A stretch of DNA of 64,000 bases. Origin: Octopus sinensis (lineage: Eukaryota). Location: NCBI RefSeq assembly GCF_006345805.1, contig NC_043001.1:16988001-17052000 (forward strand), in the 5' to 3' direction. The translations under genes and the position numbers were made by a program. This document shows positions 50,713 through 63,592 of this stretch, piece after piece (position 1 is the first letter of the stretch; each line of letters opens with the position of its first letter). Under the pieces are notes generated by a model. That model did not search any database, was not told the DNA's origin, and was given only the letters and a program-made list of their open reading frames with translations.

Positions 50713-50768
50713 AGAGTACAGTCCGATGATGGCTTAGCTCACTGAAACTTCGAGGTCACTGTCAGTAC
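50713..50768 (+). ncRNA. Type I hammerhead-like motif, CCGAUGA variant
   Basis: ACAGU-CCGAUGA-UGGCUUAGCUCACU-GAAA-CU UCGA GG-UC-ACUGU: perfect 5-bp stem I, GUC triplet (50755-50757), palindromic UCGA loop; stem II weak. Confidence 0.55.
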
Positions 50769-50802
50769 TATTCTTGTTAAAGAGTAATATATATATATGT
50801 AA

Positions 50803-50864
<62 letters not shown>

Positions 50865-50899
50865 TAATAATAATAATAATAATAATAATTATCTTTGAA

Positions 50900-51830
50900 T
50901 AATTACCTATAAAACAAATGAAATCCAAACTAAAAATAGAACAGCAACGAGCCATGATAAAACGATGGCAAGAAAAACCCCTTCATGGTAAATACTGCAC
51001 TAAACTAAACGCAAAAGAAATAGACAAAGAAAAATCCCAGCAATGGTTGAGAAGCTCAGGACTCAAAGCAGAAACAGAGGGATTTTTAATTGCAGCACAA
51101 GACCAAAGCCTCCCCACCAGAAATTACCAAAAACATGTAATGAAAAGAAATATTACAAGTAACTGCAGAATATGTGGAGATGGACAAGAACAATAAATCA
51201 TATATCTCTAGCTACCCAGTCCTGGCTAAGAAGGAATATATTCACAGACATGACAGAGTTGGAACCTACATACATTGGAAGCTATGCCAACATTATGGAA
51301 TAACAACAGAAAAAAGATGGTATAGGCACACACCAGAAAAGGTCACAGAAAACGAGGAAAGCAACCATACTCTGGGATATGCCGATACACACAGATAGAG
51401 AAATTAAGGCCAACAGACCAGATATAGTTGTCAGAGATCATGAAGAAAAAAAATGCTTTCTAATTGATGTATCAATACCGGCAGATGATGACAACGTGTC
51501 TCTAAAAGAAATGGAGAAACTCTCAAAATACAAAGACCTGGAAATAGAGGTAACTAGAATGTGGAACTGAAAACAGAAACAATTCCTATCATAGTAGGCG
51601 CATTAGGCATGATAAAAAAATATTCAGACAATACATAACAAAAACACCAGGACTTACAAACACATATAACATACAGAAAATTGCATACTAGGCACTGCAC
51701 ACATCCTACGCAGAACACTTTCCATACAATAACCATCAGAGCATCACAACAAATCACAGCACAACCCAAGGCACACAGAGCTGCGCTTGGTAGTGAAGTG
51801 AAAGCACGCTATATAAAAAAAACTATGAAT
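50900..51830 (+). mobile_element. R4/Dong-like LINE 3' part between (TAA)n tracts
   Basis: WQEKPLHGKY...WLRSSGLKAETEGFLIAAQDQSL, CRICG..H..C, RHDRVG, RPDIVV...LIDVSIP, KYKDLEIEV, IQKIA..GTAHILRRTL. Confidence 0.9.
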
Positions 51831-51864
51831 AAATAATAATAATAATATAATAATAATAATAATA

Positions 51865-51901
<37 letters not shown>

Positions 51902-51934
51902 TAATAATAATAATAATAATAAATAATAATAAGT

Positions 51935-53975
51935 AAAGAAAACATATACGTTTATGGAAGAGAGTAACCTCCCCCTGAACAAAAAGGATGCAGACGAGGC
52001 TCATACGGATGCAAAGATCAGCTCCTAATTAATCGCATGATCCTTGAGAACTGCCATAACAAGCGCAGAAATCTCAGCTCTTCATGGATTGATTATAAAA
52101 AAGCCTTTGACAGCATACCACATTCGTGGATTCTGAAGTCGCTGACATTTTCAAAATTTCTCCTGTGATTTCAGATTTTTTAAAGTATAATATGTCACTA
52201 TGGAACACGAAGCTCCATTATATCATACTAATGGAGTATTGCACTCAAAACAACATTAGCATAAACTGTGGAATTTTCCAAGGTGACTCACTTTCACCAC
52301 TAATTTTCTGCATAGCACTAATACCACTCTCAAGTGAATTGAATAGAACAGGATATGGCTACAAAATTGACAACAGAAAGAAAAAAGCCATCTATTTTAT
52401 ATGGATGACTTAAAGCTATATGGCAAGATGATGAAGAGCTTGAAGGGTTATTACATACTGTGAAGGATTCAGTGATGATATCGGGATGGAGTTTGGCCTT
52501 GAAAAGTGTGCCAAAGCCACTTTTAAGAAAGGGAAATTGGTAAAGTCTAGTTCAATCGAATTAGATGTCGAAATAGTAATAAAGGAACTTGAGCAGGAAC
52601 AAACCTATAAATACCTAGGAATAAATGAAGGCTCTGGTATCCAGCATGCAAGCATGAAAGAGAAGGTTAGGAAGAATGTTATAGAAGAGTTCGAGCAGTC
52701 CTGAAGTCTGAGCTGAATGCATATAATAAGGTGATAGCCATAAATTCCTTAGCAGTACCTGTTGTTCTATATAGCTTCAATGTGATTAACTGGAATACCA
52801 GTGAAATAATGAAAATTGACAGAAAAATCAGCAAGCTACTGACTTGTAATAAGATGCACCATCCAAAGGCAGACGTGGATCGCCTTTACCTTCCCAGAGC
52901 TCAAGGAGGTCGAGGTTTGATCCAGCTTGAGCTTACATACAAAACTACCACAATCGGACTGGCCAATTACCTTGAAGCAACCAACGATTGGATGCTAAAA
53001 CTTGTTGAAAAACATGAAAGACTGAAAAGACTTCACTCTATTCTCAAAGAGAGCAAAAAATTCGCTGCTGATCTCTTAGATACCCACCAGATTGATCAGG
53101 CTGAAGGAAATACGCCAACTGCAGCTGCAAAGAAAAGAAAATTAATTGCAAAGACAAAAGCACATGAAAATCTAGCTAGCAGATGGGAACAGAAACCTCT
53201 CCATGGCAAGTATGTGGCCCGTAGCAAACAAGCTGATGTCGACCAGAAACACACGCAGCTATGGTTACGAAGCTCAGGGCTAAAAGCAGAGAGTGAAGGT
53301 TTCATATTAGCTGCTCAAGACCAAAGCTTATTAACCCGGAACTACCAAGCCAATGTGATGAAAAATGGAGCTGACCCAAAATGCCGATTCTGTAACGATG
53401 AGATTGAAACAATAGACTACCTAATCTCAGGGTGTAGAGTCTTAGCACCTTCAGAATATAAAGCAAGACATGACAGAGTCGACCAGTATTTACATTGGAC
53501 AATATGTCGGCATTATAAAATCAAAACCGCTGACAAATGGTATAAACATCACCCTGAAGCTGTGACTGAGGGAGAAAATGTGTCGATTCTATGGGACTTC
53601 CCCGTGCAAACCGACAAGACTATAAAAGCTAATAAACCGGATATTATTATGAAAGATCAGACAAAAAGGATGTGTTTATTAATTGACATGAGTATTCCCC
53701 GTGATCACAATATAGTGGCGAAAGAATTTGACAAAATTAGTAAATATAAAGACCTGCTAATATAAATTGAAAAAATGTGGCATCTCAAGGCGACTACAGT
53801 ACCAGTGATTGTAGGATCTCTAGGAATGATAAAAAAAAAGGTACTGAAACCTATTTGAAAATGATTCCAGGCTCACCATCCCTACAAGAAGTGCAAAAAA
53901 TCGTATTAACTGGAACGGCTCATGTACTGAGAAGAGCACTATCGCTGTGAAAATAACATCCATCCATGAATTTAT
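51935..53975 (+). mobile_element. R4/Dong-like LINE, 5'-truncated (RT + CCHC + RLE), mostly 1-nt frameshifts
   Basis: EQKGCRRGSYGCKDQLLIN, WIDYKKAFDSIPHSW, GIFQGDSLSPLIFC, YMDDLKL, MEFGLEKCAK, HHPKADVDRLYLPR, KPDII...LIDMSIP. Confidence 0.92.
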
Positions 53976-54170
53976 TTATTTATTAATTTTTAAATACATA
54001 TTTTATCTGTGAATTTGCGTGTGTAATCTGGGAATGCATACAATGCCCTTCCCTGCCCTAGGTGTATGGAAAACACTCGGCGAGAAACGGAAGAAAATTT
54101 GAAGAAAGAAGGAAAAAAAAAAAATAATATTAGTGGTAGTAGCAGTAGTAGTAGTAGTAGTAGTAGTAGT

Positions 54171-54206
<36 letters not shown>

Positions 54207-54283
54207 GGAACATAATTCCAAAACTTACAGGGGAAAATTCAATTTAACAAATTTATTTTAAATTTCACAATATATAATATATG

Positions 54284-54492
54284 TATATAATTTAGAGAAA
54301 AACTTGTATTAAAGAACTCAGTACAGAAAGATGTTATTCACACCATATAGAAAACATATACTATAAAAAAAACCTTATTTTAAAAATCAATGGATTTTTA
54401 GAATAAGGTTTTCATAGTATATGTTTTCTATATGGTGTAAATAACATCTTCTTTATTGAATTCTTTAATACAAGTTTTCTCTAAATTATATA
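54284..54492. repeat. Fold-back palindrome, ~100-bp arms, 4-nt apex
   Basis: ...ccttattttaaaaatc aatg gatttttagaataagg... Confidence 0.9.
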
Positions 54493-54515
54493 TACATACA
54501 TACGTATATATATAT

Positions 54516-54577
<62 letters not shown>

Positions 54578-54625
54578 CAATAATAAATCTCTGAACGAGA
54601 TGTAAACAGTAACCGCTCGACAACG

Positions 54626-54799
54626 TAAAGTATACTAGCCATCTCAATATGGCTAACCACTAAGGGTGGGTGTTGCTGTAGCTTTTAGCCCCAGGAGATC
54701 ATCAAAACTAGCTGAAGACGATGATCTCCTGGGGCTAAAAGCTACAGTAACACCCACCCTTTGTGGTGTTAGCCATATTGAGATGGCTAGTATACTTTA
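54626..54799. repeat. Fold-back palindrome, ~78-bp arms
   Basis: Arm sequence also at 42384-42449 inside the Helitron. Confidence 0.9.
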
Positions 54800-54813
54800 T
54801 GTCATATATATAT

Positions 54814-54848
<35 letters not shown>

Positions 54849-55375
54849 TACGTTATATAATTAGGGCTCAGTAAAATAATTTACTTTGCCACAGACTGAA
54901 ATTTTTAGAAATAGCAGCCAAAAAAGGTTTTTTAGCTATTTCCACTACTTTAAGAAGAGTCTCCCAGATAGTGTTTTCTCAAAAATAACTAACGAAGATA
55001 TGGAGGGAAAATGCAAATATCACATGTACAAAGATTATTTGAGAACGCTCACGTTTCTAGATAAGTCGGATTAAAAACTCGACATTTCTTTCGTCAGCTC
55101 AACATTTCTTAATTTGGATTTGAAAGCACTAAAAAACTGAACATACCCGTCCGACATGAATGACCTCAGACAAACATCTCCAAGCTGCAGTGCCAGCAAA
55201 TTCAAACAGTACGAGTGATATATATATATATATATATATATACCAAAAGTTAATTTACGAAGGTGTCATTAATTCTATTATTATTCAGTGTAACTATTTT
55301 AAAAATGATGATAACAGAATCAATGACACAGGCGATAGCAGGCCAAAAAATAGCATTAAATAACCGAGGGATTAA

Positions 55376-55572
55376 AATTAATCAAAGGACATACTAAGTA
55401 TGTCTATCTGCTTGAAATAACAGTCAAAACTCTTTTTAAATCGCCAAAAATACACTGATGAAAACCTCGTTTGATTTCTATAGTTTTCATCAGTGTATTT
55501 TTGGCGATTTAATAAGAGTTTTAACTGCTATTTCAAGCAAGTAGACATACTTAGTATGTTCTTTGATTAATT
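55376..55572. repeat. Fold-back palindrome, ~90-bp arms, CTGATGA beside the apex
   Basis: ...aaaatacaCTGATGAaaac [apex] gttttcatcagtgtattttt... Confidence 0.9.
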
Positions 55573-55973
55573 ATATATATATATATATGTTTACATTTAT
55601 GTTGTTAGACAACAGCATTAGAGCATTTTAGCTCTTATTTCTAGCAATGTATGTGTTTCTAACACCCGAATCATATTTAGTAACAACTATAATTCTCCTT
55701 TTTAGTGAAACATTGCAAACTGCTGTTTATATCATGTGTGTGTGTGTGGTGTGTATCCTGTGTGTGTCTTTGTCTGTATTTCTCTGCCAGCACCAGTTTG
55801 ACAATCGCAGTTGGTGTGTTTACGTCCCCTAACGCAAGAGTTCGGCAAAAGGCAATCGATAGAATAAGTACCAGGCTTTAAAAAATATATACTGGGGGGC
55901 TCGAGTCATTTAGCTAAAAATCTCCCAACTAGTGAACCTCAGCATGGCCGCATTTTAATAGCTGACACAAGTA

Positions 55974-56464
55974 TTGTCATCCCTCGCTACTTCGCAGTTC
56001 AACTATCACGGATTCACGACTTCGCGGATTTTAAAAATATATATATATATGAACACCTAAAATTTTTCATTAAAACCATTAAAATGTTAATAATAAATAT
56101 TATTTCCAAGTCTAAGAACAACAAAACAAGCGTAAAATAGCAAAAAAGCATATACAGGGGTATTTGAACTTAAGACGGGCTGTGATTGGTGCAATGAAAA
56201 GAGACAACATATCACAGCTTTCTATTTTGTAATCTGGCCTGTGTAACAGTAACAATCTTTATTTTTTTAATCTAAAGTGTTATTGCTTAACAGTTGTCCG
56301 TGTTATTAATGGACTACTGTAATGGGTGGATTGTTAACAGCACAGGGAGGGTTTTAAAAGTCACGTTAAATAAATACTGTAAATATGGTGTCCCTACTTC
56401 GCGGAAATTCAGTTATCGCGGCCGGTCTCGGAACCAATCTACCGCGATAAACGAAGGATCATTG
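55974..56464 (+). mobile_element. Tigger/pogo-type MITE
   Basis: TA|ttgtcatccctcgctacttcgc ... ccgcgataaacgaaggatcattg|TA with sub-terminal ttcgcgg repeats. Confidence 0.7.
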
Positions 56465-56899
56465 TAAATTATGAAAAACAAAGGTGGATTTATAAATTGG
56501 ATGTAGAAGCTGAAAGCTTCGAGGCAGTTGTCCATAATGCATTTCTATATGTATGTATATATAATGTATATCACGAATGAATTATAAAATCGTGGAGCGA
56601 GCTGAATTCCGTTAGTGTGAGACATTGGAAAAGGCTCGGATAAGTGGTATGCATGCTCATAAAAGGACCAGTGGAAGTCGGAGGGAGGACGTTGGAGGAA
56701 AGCCTGGCTTGTCAAGAACTAGTTAAGGGCTATGGAAGGGGACCTGACACCAATTAGCTTGGCCTAGCAGACACGTGACAAAGCTTGCAAACGAATTGGG
56801 TAGAGGTCGCACGCTGCCAAGTGATCCACACGAAACGCGAGGGAAACTAAGGCTACGATAACCTTACCGCAAAAACCACCCGTAAAGCAAGAGTTTCTG

Positions 56900-56940
<41 letters not shown>

Positions 56941-56941
<1 letters not shown>

Positions 56942-57100
56942 TATACATATTAGAGGGAAACCACTATGTGGACACCCTTATGAAATAGATCCTCTATGGT
57001 CTCACCACTAAGAAATGTTCTCAAGAAAAATTTAGCAAAACAACCAAAATGTAATCACATAAGGGTGTCCACATAGTGGTTTACCTCTAATATGTATATA
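56941..57100. repeat. Fold-back, ~41-bp arms, ~75-nt spacer
   Basis: tatacatattagagggaaaccactatgtggacacccttatg / cataagggtgtccacatagtggtttacctctaatatgtata. Confidence 0.88.
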
Positions 57101-57624
57101 ATACAATTTTACTGAAGCTTCATTTTTTTTTATATGCTAGACCACTGGTGTGAAATCGATGTTAATTAAATTAATATCTAATTTCTCACCCTCATTTTAA
57201 ATTTATATATATATCACAAGAAATAGTTTTTGCCTCTTTTTATGGAGACAAAGAGGTTTATAAGACTTCAAAAAACTAGTGCTGAAATGTAATTGAGACA
57301 GAGATAAAAAAAAACAAAACATAGATTAGAGAACAGACATCAAATTCGAGTCAACGATTTTTTATACATTTCTATACATTTCTATACTTTCTATACAACC
57401 ACGTTTCCATACATTTGATCACATATAAATATTACCATGGGCTTTAACAAAAAAAAAGAATATAAATATAAAAAACAGAGAAGGTAAAAAATATATATGC
57501 AAATATATGATCAACTGTATGAAAGCGTGGTGTTTATGTAAAGTCATTGATTCGAATTTGATGTTTGTCCTCCAACCTATGGTATATATATATATATATA
57601 TGGAAACACTTTGATTAATATTCG

Positions 57625-57766
57625 TTGGTACTCTTGAGAGTCAAGCGTGATACTAGTCATCAACCATTTTGAATCTGAATTTTAACTCCGTCGACCATTT
57701 TTAATTTGAATTTCAAATTCAAAATAGTTGACGGCTAGCATTACACTTGAAACTCAAGAGTACCAA
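57625..57766. repeat. Fold-back with a decayed hammerhead in each 50-bp arm
   Basis: Left arm (-): AUGG-UUGAUGA-...-CUCAAGAG-UA-CCAA; right arm (+): ...GAAA-CUC AA GAG-UA-CCAAUU. Confidence 0.7.
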
Positions 57767-57852
57767 TTTGAATCCAAGTGTTTTGGTCAATAAATGTAAT
57801 TCCCAATAAATTTGTTGAGCCCCCTTCTTTCGCCTGTCCACTCACTCGTATC

Positions 57853-57937
<85 letters not shown>

Positions 57938-57939
<2 letters not shown>

Positions 57940-59056
57940 CCATTCTTCAGCTAAAACAGTCTCCAATTCTGGTAGTGATGAAGGTAGGAGATATCGACTC
58001 CTTACTTGTTTTTCTAAAATGCACCATAAATTTTCCATAATATTGAGATCTGTGGACTGTGGTGGCCAGATAAGATGTTCAATTTCACAAGAATGTTCCT
58101 CATGCCATTCAGTAACAACTTTAGCTGTGTGAATTGGTGCATTATCATCCTGAAAGACTGCGTTTTCGTCCGGAACCAGTTCTGCAAACATAGGATGAAT
58201 TTGATCAGATAAAATGCTTAAATAGTCTAGACTACTAATTCTGCTATTAAGGGAAATTATTGGGCCGGCGGATTTCCAAGATATAGCCCCCCACCCCACC
58301 CCTCCCCCATGTTTAACTGTTGGAAGAAGACAGTCAGGGTCAAATGCTTCTTTTGTCTGTCTCCACACGTACACTCGGCCGCTGGTCGGAAATAAGGTAA
58401 AAGGATGACTCGTCCGAGAAAATAACATTCTTCCACTGCTCTAGGGACCACTTCTGTAGGTTTTTACTCCTCTCAAAACGCTTTGCAACGCTTGTTTTTG
58501 AAAGTAGTCGTTCTCTGATTGCAGCCCTCCCGTGAAATCCAGATTTGTGCAGCTCCTGACGAACAGTTTTTCTGGAAACTAGGTTTTCGAGATGGTCATT
58601 TAGCTCTACACTAATTTTTGGAGCTGTACTTTTGTGATCCTTTCTAACAATTCGCGTAAGAGTCCGATGGTCCCTAACTGAAGGTTTTGGTTTTCTTTCG
58701 GAGTTTTGCTTCGACGAGGAGGTTTTTCCCTCATTCTCAAAGGCTGTCATTACTTTCGAGACAGTATTTCTTGATACACCAAACATTTTGGCTGTTTTCG
58801 TTACGCTAGCGCCTGCCACACGAGCACCAACAATTTGGTCTCTTTGAAAGTCCGATATATCTGGAATTTTAATGAATTTTAATTACCTTTTTCTGATGAC
58901 ATCTGAAAAGAAACTGCAATTTTATCAAAACATATTAAGCAACACTATTAATAAATCTAAAAACTTAAAAATAAACAAGCTTTTGATGGTTTTATAGATA
59001 TTTCAAAATTATGATGCTATAATGCTAGGTGTTTCCATTATTTTGTCCAACCCCTG
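57938..59056 (-). mobile_element. Tc1-like DNA transposon, 3' end lost
   Basis: TIR TA|CAGGGGTTGGACAAAATAATGGAAACAC; MAGASVTKTAKMFGVSR..., VIFSDES, PTVKHGGG, VFQDDNAPIH, WPPQSTDLNIMENLW. Confidence 0.9.
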
Positions 59057-59514
59057 TATATGTATATATAACATTGTTGACGGAGTACAGCAGCACCTTC
59101 AGCACACAACAGTTTGCTCTAACCTTTCTTCATTCAGACACATGCATATATATATATATATAAATATATATTATATATATATTATATTGAGGGTACTACT
59201 ATTCGTAGATACCAACACGCTAAGAGGGACCAATGCGGTCAAAACTACTAAAAATAAACAAAATTTTACCGAATGCAAAACTTCAAAAACTTCAAAAACT
59301 TCACGCTGACTACTGATAATTTCTTTAAAGATTTTATCCTCAATTGTTAATATATATATATATATATATCTTTATATATATATATATATATATACGTATA
59401 TAGTTAATCCAAACACGAACAAGCAAGAAAAAACAAGAAAAACAACAACAACGCGAGGACGTGGAATCAGTACAGTGTTATTGGACGCTCAGGAAAGGAA
59501 AGAAAAAAAAGAGG

Positions 59515-59549
59515 ATTTCACGTTTCGAGCGGAGCTCTTCATCAGAAAT
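59515..59549 (-). ncRNA. Minimal hammerhead-like motif with intact core but a GUG triplet
   Basis: AUUU-CUGAUGA-A-GAGC(UCC)GCUC-GAAA-CG-U-G-AAAU. Confidence 0.75.
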
Positions 59550-59628
59550 ATAGAAAAAATCCAAAGGGAAGACGGAGAAAGAAAACCGCAAAATATACAC
59601 ATGCGGTCACATATTGAAATATACATAC

Positions 59629-59685
<57 letters not shown>

Positions 59686-59714
59686 TACATATATATATAT
59701 ATATTATATATATA

Positions 59715-59753
<39 letters not shown>

Positions 59754-59850
59754 CAATTTGAAAATAGGATAAAATCTGTATAAGAATTTATCACGTAGTT
59801 AGCGTGAAAAAGCCTCATAATTGAAACATTTATTAATTATTCCCTTTAAA

Positions 59851-60005
59851 TATATTTATCTATATTAAGGGCATTACTATACATAAATGCATCACGCTAG
59901 GAGGGACTCTTAAAGCTAAAACTTATTATGGTAGTTTTGACTTTAAGAGTCCCGCCTAGCGTGAGACATTTATGTATAGTAATGTTTTTAATATAAATAA
60001 ATATA
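59851..60005. repeat. Fold-back palindrome, ~70-bp arms
   Basis: ...ggactcttaaagctaaaact tattatggt agttttgactttaagagtccc... Confidence 0.88.
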
Positions 60006-60602
60006 TATATATATATATATAGGCGGTGTTTAGGCGGTGCTCCATCATGATCACAGTCAAATGACTGAAACAAGTAAAAGATTATATATACGTATATATA
60101 TGTATATATACGTATGTATTTATATTTGCTATGTCTACAACTTTCTTACAAATGTTGTAATAAATAACAAGCTACTTGTGTTCAATTCAAAACAGGATGG
60201 ATAGACATTCATTATATAACAAATATGACAGCTGCCGCCTTTCAGCTTTGTTTACTTTTTCTTTTTGTTAACTGGTGTTGAAAATGGTTTTAAATTTCAT
60301 GCCAGAAAAAAAAAAAAGAAAGAAAAAAGAAAAAAAAAAAAAGACAAGAAAACTACTGAGGCTCAGTAATAACTGGTTTGACTGTTTCAACGTTATTTAT
60401 TTGTTCTAACAGTCTCCATCGACAGAATATACTAATTCGAGAAGCATGTTTACTTTATATAGTTCAGTTGGATTGCTCTTGCCCTTGGGGTATAAAGAAA
60501 TGAATATACATAGATTATTCATGAGCCTTGTGGCAATTTTCATGTAAGTACTCGCACAGAGCTTCAATGCGCATTTATATCTACCTACCCATCTACCTAC
60601 CC

Positions 60603-60703
<101 letters not shown>

Positions 60704-60710
60704 CCTACCC

Positions 60711-60800
<90 letters not shown>

Positions 60801-60805
60801 ATATA

Positions 60806-60835
<30 letters not shown>

Positions 60836-60838
<3 letters not shown>

Positions 60839-61011
60839 CATTACTCAATAGTCAAGATAAAACTCTGAGTTTCAGATGCCGAAGTGGAAATCCACAACTC
60901 CATCTCTTCGGTTATCTGGCCATCTCCGAATATCACCGAAGAGATGGTGTTGTGGATTTCCACTTCGGCATCTGAAACTCAGAGTTTTATCTTGACTATT
61001 GAGTAATGTAA
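60836..61011. repeat. Fold-back, 77-bp arms, with a hammerhead-like fold at 60855-60917 (-)
   Basis: AGAUAA-CCGAAGA-GAUG(22 nt)CAUC-U-GAAA-CUC A GAG-UU-UUAUCU; 6-bp stem I; flanked by (TA)n. Confidence 0.8.
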
Positions 61012-61091
61012 CATATTATTTTATAGATAAGTTTCCTCTATTTACATAATATTGAGGTCTCTTTCTTTCTTTTGTATCTCTCACCATTTTA

Positions 61092-61141
<50 letters not shown>

Positions 61142-61191
61142 AAATATTGAATTTCTAAATCTCTTGTAGAGACATGTACGGTGGTGGGGCG

Positions 61192-61295
61192 ATAGAATGG
61201 TTGTATACTGTCAATCTAACAAGAACGTGACAGTAGCGGTGGTGTACCCCCTACTGTCACGTTCTTGTTAGATTGACAGTATACAACCATTCTAT
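61192..61295. repeat. Fold-back palindrome, ~45-bp arms
   Basis: tagaatggttgtatactgtcaatctaacaagaacgtgacagtag / ctactgtcacgttcttgttagattgacagtatacaaccattcta. Confidence 0.9.
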
Positions 61296-61674
61296 ATATA
61301 TATATATAATATATATATATATATATCCATACATCCATCCATCCATTCATCCATCCATAAATGCAGCCATTTAGACTGGTCTATAATACACACACATGCA
61401 CTCAAACACACACTTACTTTCACACACATACACAGAAGCAAACACATACACACAAGCAGGATCACACGGAAGCACAAATACACCCAAATACACGCGTATC
61501 TACACGCGCTCATCTCCTTTACACAAATGCACTCCAACGCCATCTTCACCCGCAAAAAATATGATATAAAATTCTTCGATAGCTTCCCTTCTGCGTAATA
61601 ACTATTCCGCAACATCAGACATGCAGGAATAGTACGAAACATACACATACATCAACCACACATGCATCATCATC

Positions 61675-62462
61675 TGTTTCTTTACTACCCACAAGGGGCT
61701 ACACACAGAGGGGGGACAAACAAGGACAGACAAACGCATTAAGTCGATTACATCGACCCCAGTGCGTAACTGGTACTTAATTTATCGACCCCGACAGGAT
61801 GAAAGGCAAAGTCGACCTCGGCGGAATTTGAACTCAGAACGCAAAGACAGACGAAATACCTATTTCTTTACTACCCACAAGGCTACACACACAGAGGGGG
61901 ACAACAAGGACAGACAAACGCATTAAGTCGATACATCGACCCCAGTGCGTAACTGGTACTTAATTTATCGACCCCGACAGGATGAAAGGCAAAGTCGACC
62001 TCGGCGGAATTTGAACTCAGAACGCAAAGACAGACGAAATACCTATTTCTTTACTACCCACAAGGGGCTACACACAGAGGGGGGACAAACAAGGACAGAC
62101 AAACGCATTAAGTCGATTACATCGACCCCAGTGCGTAACTGGTACTTAATTTATCGACCCCGACAGGATGAAAGGCAAAGTCGACCTCGGCGGAATTTGA
62201 ACTCAGAACGCAAAGACAGACGAAATACCTATTTCTTTACTACCCACAAGGGGCTAAACACAGAGGGGGCAAACAAGGACAGACAAACGGATTAAGTCGA
62301 TTACATCGACCCCAGTGCGAAACTGGTACTTAATTTATCGACCCCCGACAAGATGAAAGGCAAAGTCGACCTCGGCGGAATTTGAACTCAGAACCTAACG
62401 GCAGACGAAATACGGCTACGCACTTCGCCCGGCGTGCTCACGTTTCTGCCAGCTCGCCGCCT
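61675..62462 (-). mobile_element. SINE-A tetramer
   Basis: Units start at ~61675, 61861, 62045, 62229; one head; TSD catgcatcatcatc. Confidence 0.92.
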
Positions 62463-62483
62463 TATCATGCATCATCATCATCG

Positions 62484-62514
<31 letters not shown>

Positions 62515-62779
62515 GCTGGTGTATTTTTCCTTTGCCAATTTTCCCACAGAAATAAGGATTGGGCACATTTGCTGTAGTTGAAGTCCTGGCATCATTTGCT
62601 CCGATCTAATGTTATCTTACCCTCTGTCAAGTAAGACAATGTTTGCCGCCGTGACCTTACTATTCAACATCGCTTTCGTCATTGGTCTCTATTCTTGTCA
62701 AGGTCAGTAGATTCGCTTCTTGAATCAGCCAAAATGTAAATACATTTCCTGGCATCTCCATTCTATTTTGCAAAATCAG

Positions 62780-63200
62780 CAGGAGTGGCTGTGTGGTAAG
62801 TAGCTTGCTAACCAACCACATGGTTCCGGGTTCAGTCCCACTGCGTGGCATCTTGGGCAAGTGTCTTCTGCTATAGCCCCGGGCCGACCAATGCCTTGTG
62901 AGTGGATTTGGTAGACGGAAACTGAAAGAAGCCTGTCGTATATATGTATGTATATATAAGTATGCGTGTGTGTGTTTGTGTGTCTGTGTTTGTCTCCCTA
63001 GCATTGCTTGACAACCGATGCTGGTGTGTTTACGTCCCCGTCACTTAGCGGTTCGGCAAAAGAGACCGATAGAATAAGTACTGGGCTTACAAAAAAAAAA
63101 GAATAAGTCTCGGGGTCGAGTTGCTCGACTAAAGGCGGTGCTCCAGCATGGCCGCAGTCAAATGACTGAAACAAGTAAAAGAGTAAAGAGTAAAAGAGTA
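62780..63200 (+). mobile_element. SINE-B full length
   Basis: Family match. Confidence 0.9.
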
Positions 63201-63592
63201 AGTACATGGCTCTTCTATTCGAGAAAATCTCAACGGGTTTTCTAGAGTTTATCGTTCTGTTCCATAACGAGGTCCATAAAGACACAATAGTGTTGCAGGC
63301 ACTGTATCTCCTGCGCACCGCGTGTCGCCACGACTCTGGCAACACAGGTTCTTCCTCGTCTTAAACGTTTCTACTGCTCTCTGTTCGTTTCCACATCAGG
63401 TGGTAGCTGTTCGCTAGTCAGAATTTCTATTTCTATTGTACATTATAGACTGCTGCTTTCTTCCGCCCACAAGCTCATTCTTTACTTCTCTTATTGATGA
63501 GTTAACCTCAAGAGAAGAATGACATATTTAAGAGAGTTTCTTTTCTTTGACTTCGGTTAACTTCTTAAGCGACGAGAAAACAGAAAAGCAAC

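Noticed and set aside
60413-60543. Plus-strand exon candidate (ctaacag|...CAT|gtaagt, one open frame)
   Set aside because: No recognisable protein and no partner exons; expected by chance in AT-rich DNA.
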